Source: Saccostrea echinata (taxonomy: Eukaryota). Taken from it: a stretch of DNA of 64,000 bases. The stretch is taken from contig NW_026889786.1 in the NCBI RefSeq assembly GCF_033153115.1, positions 1,612,001 through 1,676,000 on the forward strand, written 5' to 3'. Of this stretch, positions 50,413 to 64,000 are shown piece by piece. A program made the translations under genes and the position numbers. The notes under the pieces were generated by a model. The model did no database searches. It saw only the letters and a program-made list of their open reading frames with translations, and was not told where the DNA came from. Position 1 is the stretch's first letter. Each line of letters begins with the position of its first letter.

Positions 50413-51757
50413 GTTTGTTATAGCTTTTGCATGTGCTGTTATACATATGCTTTTATTATTCATAGTTTTTCATGCTTTTTGGTTTTGTGCTATGTCATTA
50501 CATAATAGGGATCATGCAATCTCATAACAGAAAAAAATCTCATCCAAAAATTATTGCTTTTCAGTATTTTGATGTGGATATATAATATTTATAGCTAAAT
50601 GAAAAATCTTATTTTTTGCACTGTAATCTATATCCGATTTGAGCTATTGGACCAAAGCTTTTGTATGGTTGTTTCCAAACTAACATTCTTGGATGACTAG
50701 GTTTCATATAATCAGCAATGCTATAAAATTTCATAAGAATTAATGAGAATAATATGGAGTAAATTTATGATTTTGATGATTCATTTTTTTGGGGAAAACT
50801 TTGGTTCAACAGCATGTCATCAGGGACATATACTAACAGGATACTAAAGGCAACTTGCAAGCCTCAATATATTTTGTAAGTTGTGGGATTTCCTAAATTA
50901 ATTTTGAATATAATATATCTCTATAACATGTAAAATGCTATTAAACATTTCAGAACAAAACCTTTACTTATCTATCAAAAAGTTTTTCAATATATGTTGC
51001 TAGCACTGTTTATGCTCCTTATTTTAGTATAATTACATTGTTTATTCAAAATCAATATTTACCCCTAATTGGCCATATTTCTACAAATTTGCTGAATTTG
51101 GTGTTTGTTTGCTTTATATTTAAATTATTTTACAGTGTATGATTTAAAATTTTTAAATATTCATTTTCATTTTATTTCATTTATTGACAACAAATAATAA
51201 ACATACATCAAAATTAATAAAAGTCTATTCCAATAAAAAAAAGGGACAGATTACCTTTATCAGAAAACAAACTGTTTACTGGGGATAAACATAGTTTGAA
51301 AAACTTTTAGAGTTGCATGTGATGTTTTGGGCAAATAAATATTGCACTGAAGGAGTTGCCTATCACGTCAGTATATAAGTTCCTGATATCATGCATGTAA
51401 GGAAATGTACTTAGCAGTCTAATATGCATTAAACAGTAAACTACATTTGTCTGACAAAAGTTCAATGACCCACTTCAGCTTCAACAATCACAGCATGACT
51501 GATTTATGAGTGACTTCATAGTTTATATTGTTTATGACATACATGTACATAGTTTCTGAAGCATTTATTTAATAATGCAATTGACAACCTCTTCAAAAGC
51601 TGAGGTATTTCATCCCAAGGAGGATAACATTTTAGAAATACAAAATTGTCTGGTTTTTTTCTTTAATTTTAGCTTAAAAGTGGATGAAAAAATTTACTAC
51701 TTAATATAATGAATTAATGGTATCTTTTTTTTTATATAAAGGAAAATTGTGTCAAAA

Positions 51758-60061
<8,304 letters not shown>

Positions 60062-62309
60062 TATGATTCAGGAGTTCAAAGGTCAGATCAGGAAGGAGGA
60101 CAATGTTGCCAGATTTTAATAAATTTGACTTTAAAATTAATTTCTCAGAGAACTCTCTTCCTCTCACTGTCAAATTAATGAAAGTTCTCTTATAAATTAC
60201 TAGATTATAGCTTAAGGTTTTCATTCCATTTCTGAAAAATCATTCCCTCATATTTTTGCATGTATCTTTTTTTTTAATACATTAGTAAATACATGTACCT
60301 TTGAAGCATAGTAGGTTTTGAAGCATTGAATAACATATGCTATTACAAGCACACTACAATCACATTTTCTTGGTGTATTCTGTAATGATGGAGCAAGTCA
60401 GTTGAAGTAATATTTGCCATCAGATGTACATGTATAAAACACTGTATGTTAATTTTGATAATTTTCCCTTAATTATTTTATGGTTGTAGACATGTTTTGT
60501 ATTTCAAGATTGGGTTGTCCAAATCTTCGTTTGCATGCAAGAGTTCCTTCTCTTTGTCATTCTAATCTTATTCACAGGACTGAAGAAAATTTATGGCATT
60601 TATCCACTTGCAAATCTAGTCTTACTTGGTTTTTGCACAATCTAAAAATACAATTAAAAAAAAATGTGTTCATAGCTTTCTGCTTTGTCTTATGGAAAGG
60701 TTGCGGAAGTGAGAAAATCGGGGGGGGGGGGGGGATCCAGCATCATCAGATCCGCCTCAAAACACCATTGGCTCTTCTTTGCCAAATACGCCTTTTTCTA
60801 AATTTTTTATTAAGGTCTTTTTTTTAAATATTAAGGATGAGTACTTGTGGAGAGACAGAAGGATAGATAGACGGGGATAAACATAACCTCCTTCTAACCC
60901 CTTTGTTAAGGGGCAATGACAATGAAATGCTAATGTCACTGAATGATAAATTCTCCTTTCCTTGACCTATTTTGTGTGACGCCAGTAATACATGCACAGT
61001 GTGTATCTTTTCAAGATGTGTACATTCTAGGTGGACATTTCTAATTCATGCTTACTTGATATGATAGACAATTTGTTTTTAAAATTTGATTTGTGAGGAT
61101 GATTACATAAAGACAATTAAGTGTACCTGCTTAGATTTGCTTTGAATATTTGATCAAAATATTCTAATGTGTTTCAAATAAATATGAAGAAGAGATTTGA
61201 AAGAATTTGTAGTGAACGTATGAGTATTGTTTAGAATAATAAATGAAAGGTGATTCTTTTTCATTCATGCCAGTAATTAATGGTGCTAGTATGACTTCAA
61301 ATGTATGATTTTATTATGCATATTTTAAAACATTTACAATTGCTTATATAGTTATACTGCTATGCAAATTGAAAATATAGAAATTTTAGTTCTGTAAGTC
61401 TCTGCTTGTTGTAGTCTTTATACTTGTTACGCTTTAAAAGCAAAATGTATTTCTTAAATGAATAAAAAAAATGTAAATGTTATTCTTTCACTTTTGCCTA
61501 ATTACTGTTTTGGACAACTCACTGTCGCCTAACCCCTGCCTTCCACCTAAGACAGTGCAGATGTGTACAAAAACAGGCCGACTGCAGATATATGGAATTA
61601 AAATGCAATTTTAAGGACACTTTTAATCATACAGTTTATTAACTTTATTTACCCCCCTCTACAAAGGAAAGGATTTCGAAAACTCTAGATACCCTGAACC
61701 GTAGTTCTAGTTTATAATCAAGACCACTACATGTAGCTTGTTTCTGTTCACTAATTGCCATCTTCCCAAGTATTTGTGTTTACGTATATGTGAGGTATGT
61801 ATTAATCACAAACCTTGATTAGATATTGCAGAGAGAGAGAGAGCTCACCGCATTGAATCGCTCATTGGCATTATTAACTGTTTATTCAGAAATCTTGCAG
61901 TAATACTCTGATCAAGTGCACAAGAATTATTCAATTCCAATTCTTAAAATTAGTTAAACTAAAATCAGTTATTTTTGCGAAGGTCAGATTTTCGTGGTTC
62001 GAGGAGAAATATTTGTTCGCGGAACTGTACTCTTAATGAGTATTTTAAGTGATTTTTTTTCTCTGAATATAATGAATTAATTGGTTATCATTACATGTAT
62101 TTATTTATTGTATAAATGGTCTCTTAGAATAAGACCGCCATATGCTTACATAAAAATTCGACTGGATTGAGTTGTGCAAGTATCATAAGGAGATGGGTGA
62201 ATAAGGCGTACAGAATGCCTATAGCTTCAGATATATAATAATCATATTCAATTTGTGAATTTAGTATTTAGAGTAAACTTCTCGTTATTGAAATTTATGA
62301 AATTACGAT

Positions 62310-62815
62310 AAACGAAACTTTTTTGAGGAAAATTTTCTCTGCAATTTTTTTTCTGTTATTAAAAAATAATGTGGTAGTCTCGGGGTTCGAACCCTAGCAA
62401 TAAAAACTCTGAGTATCATTTTCCTTTGAGACCAACACGCTAACCACTATGCTACAAGAACTCTTGATAAATATCGGCATTTAAATCATGTTTGTGATAT
62501 GACCCTTGACAAAATGGACTTCAAATATTTCTCGGAAAGATACGAATGTTGTGTCATAAAAGTGTATTTTTTAGGTTTAGTGGGTCTTTGCTCCATATTT
62601 TTGTTAACCGAAAAATGTACGTTTTAGCGCAAACTTTAAGGATAAACTTTCAAAAAAAAAATGGAGCGAAGACTCACTCATATCGAAAAATTGTGTTATG
62701 AGAAAATGATCCTTTTTGCCCTTTTTAGTGCGTGTATGCTATTTCATAGGCAAATATTTTCAATCTTTGTGAGATTTTTGCGAATTTTGGAGATTTTACA
62801 TAAAGTATACCTTAA
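62310..62815. mobile_element. Kolobok-like non-autonomous element containing a tRNA-like segment
   Basis: Ends ...GTATACC|TTAA. Minus-strand TAGCATAGTGGTTAGCG (A box) and GGTTCGAACCC (B box) at 62370-62457. Left end not defined. Confidence 0.45.
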
Positions 62816-64000
62816 TGTAAGATGAAATATCGAAGAAAATTTTGTAATAATTGAGATTTAATTTTTCACCTTTATGTTTGTCGCACTATAGGCACTTCGC
62901 TCGCCTTGTTCGCCCATCTTCTTTAATTTTTTTGTTGTAAGAAAAAGCTAGCTACTTCTTTCTAAATGAAGATGGCTGTAATGAGCCGTAAAACTTTAGC
63001 ACATAGTACATTTTTTACGGGTTTAGATATATCAAACAGCGTGTCAATGGCTTCTTTACGCTTGCATGAAATGCGTACACACTGGGGGGAAAATTAAAAA
63101 AAAGTTTTAAGATGATAAGTTATGTGATACCTGAATTCTTTATGGGACATTAAATAAATTTGGTCACGACATAACATGTAACACGATTCTTCAACTTGAC
63201 TGATATTTTCGGAGATGTTAACAACAAGGGTCTTCATATGCATTTAAGAAGAACTGTACCGTAACTCTCTACAGAATCTTTATCGAATGAGAACGTGGCA
63301 CGTTTGATTCCATATGTTTTATTTCAATCTTTTTTGGGGTAGATAATACGAATCCTGCAGATTTGCATTAGGTGCCGTTGCGTCTCTTATAAGTTTCAGG
63401 AATGTTCCGACCTACCAGTCGCAGCATAAAGAAACTCATGTCTTTATGCCTAAAGACAACAAACAATTCTGTTTTATGCGTACTTGACGAATTGATTTGA
63501 TGGAAACAATAAACGCTTGTTTTGGCGTTTTCAAATAAGTAACATGGATTGCAGGAAAGCCAATATAATTATTCCTAATTTTATTTTGTGAGAATGAATG
63601 CACGACTGCACAGACTCCTTGAAACAAAAAATATTATTCAAACTTAAAAATTTATAATCAATCAATTATATTTTTTCTTTGGAATACAGTATTGGGAGTG
63701 ATATAGTAAAGTGACTGTGATACACAAGTAATTTTATAGTTTTACATTAACAAATTATGTATTCTAACCTTTTCCAAACTTTTACTGTTTCATTGAAATC
63801 AGACCAAAACTGTAGGAGAAATTTTTGATAGAATTTCACATATCATTCATTTTTTAGTAACCTCATCGAAATCAAAAACCAATAAATATTCTTGGCTTAT
63901 AGTCTACTATTGAAAATGGACCAAAACTCTTGAAGTAGCGTAATTTCAAAGAAGTTATATTTTACAGTAACCATGGCAACTCCATTCGTCGAAATCAAAC

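Overview
AT-rich, intron-containing eukaryotic DNA, most likely an oyster (Ostreidae). That is inferred from Helentron/HINE repeats with Cg170-like cores, a RING-less B-box/NHL TRIM gene and a SUEL-C1q lectin gene. Bases 1-38 kb are repeat-dense. They hold a 116-bp hairpin array, a ~7.2-kb foldback element with internal 73-bp arrays, a truncated CR1/L2-like LINE, and a duplicated cassette [SUEL-C1q lectin (-) / TRIM B-box-NHL (+)]. The second cassette copy carries a 340-bp TRIM whose LTRs are tRNA-like, and a very young 2.3-kb LTR element with one zinc-knuckle/coiled-coil ORF and no pol. There are also decayed Gypsy, mariner and HERO-type fragments; the HERO-type 3' UTR contains a candidate permuted hammerhead-like fold. 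Bases 38-61 kb hold three intact spliced genes: neurocalcin-like NCS (+, 2 exons), POFUT1 (-, 7 coding exons) and lysosomal alpha-glucosidase GAA (+, 19 coding exons). One GAA intron starts with a minisatellite made of copies of its own splice donor. All exon boundaries were read by eye and no database searches were run.
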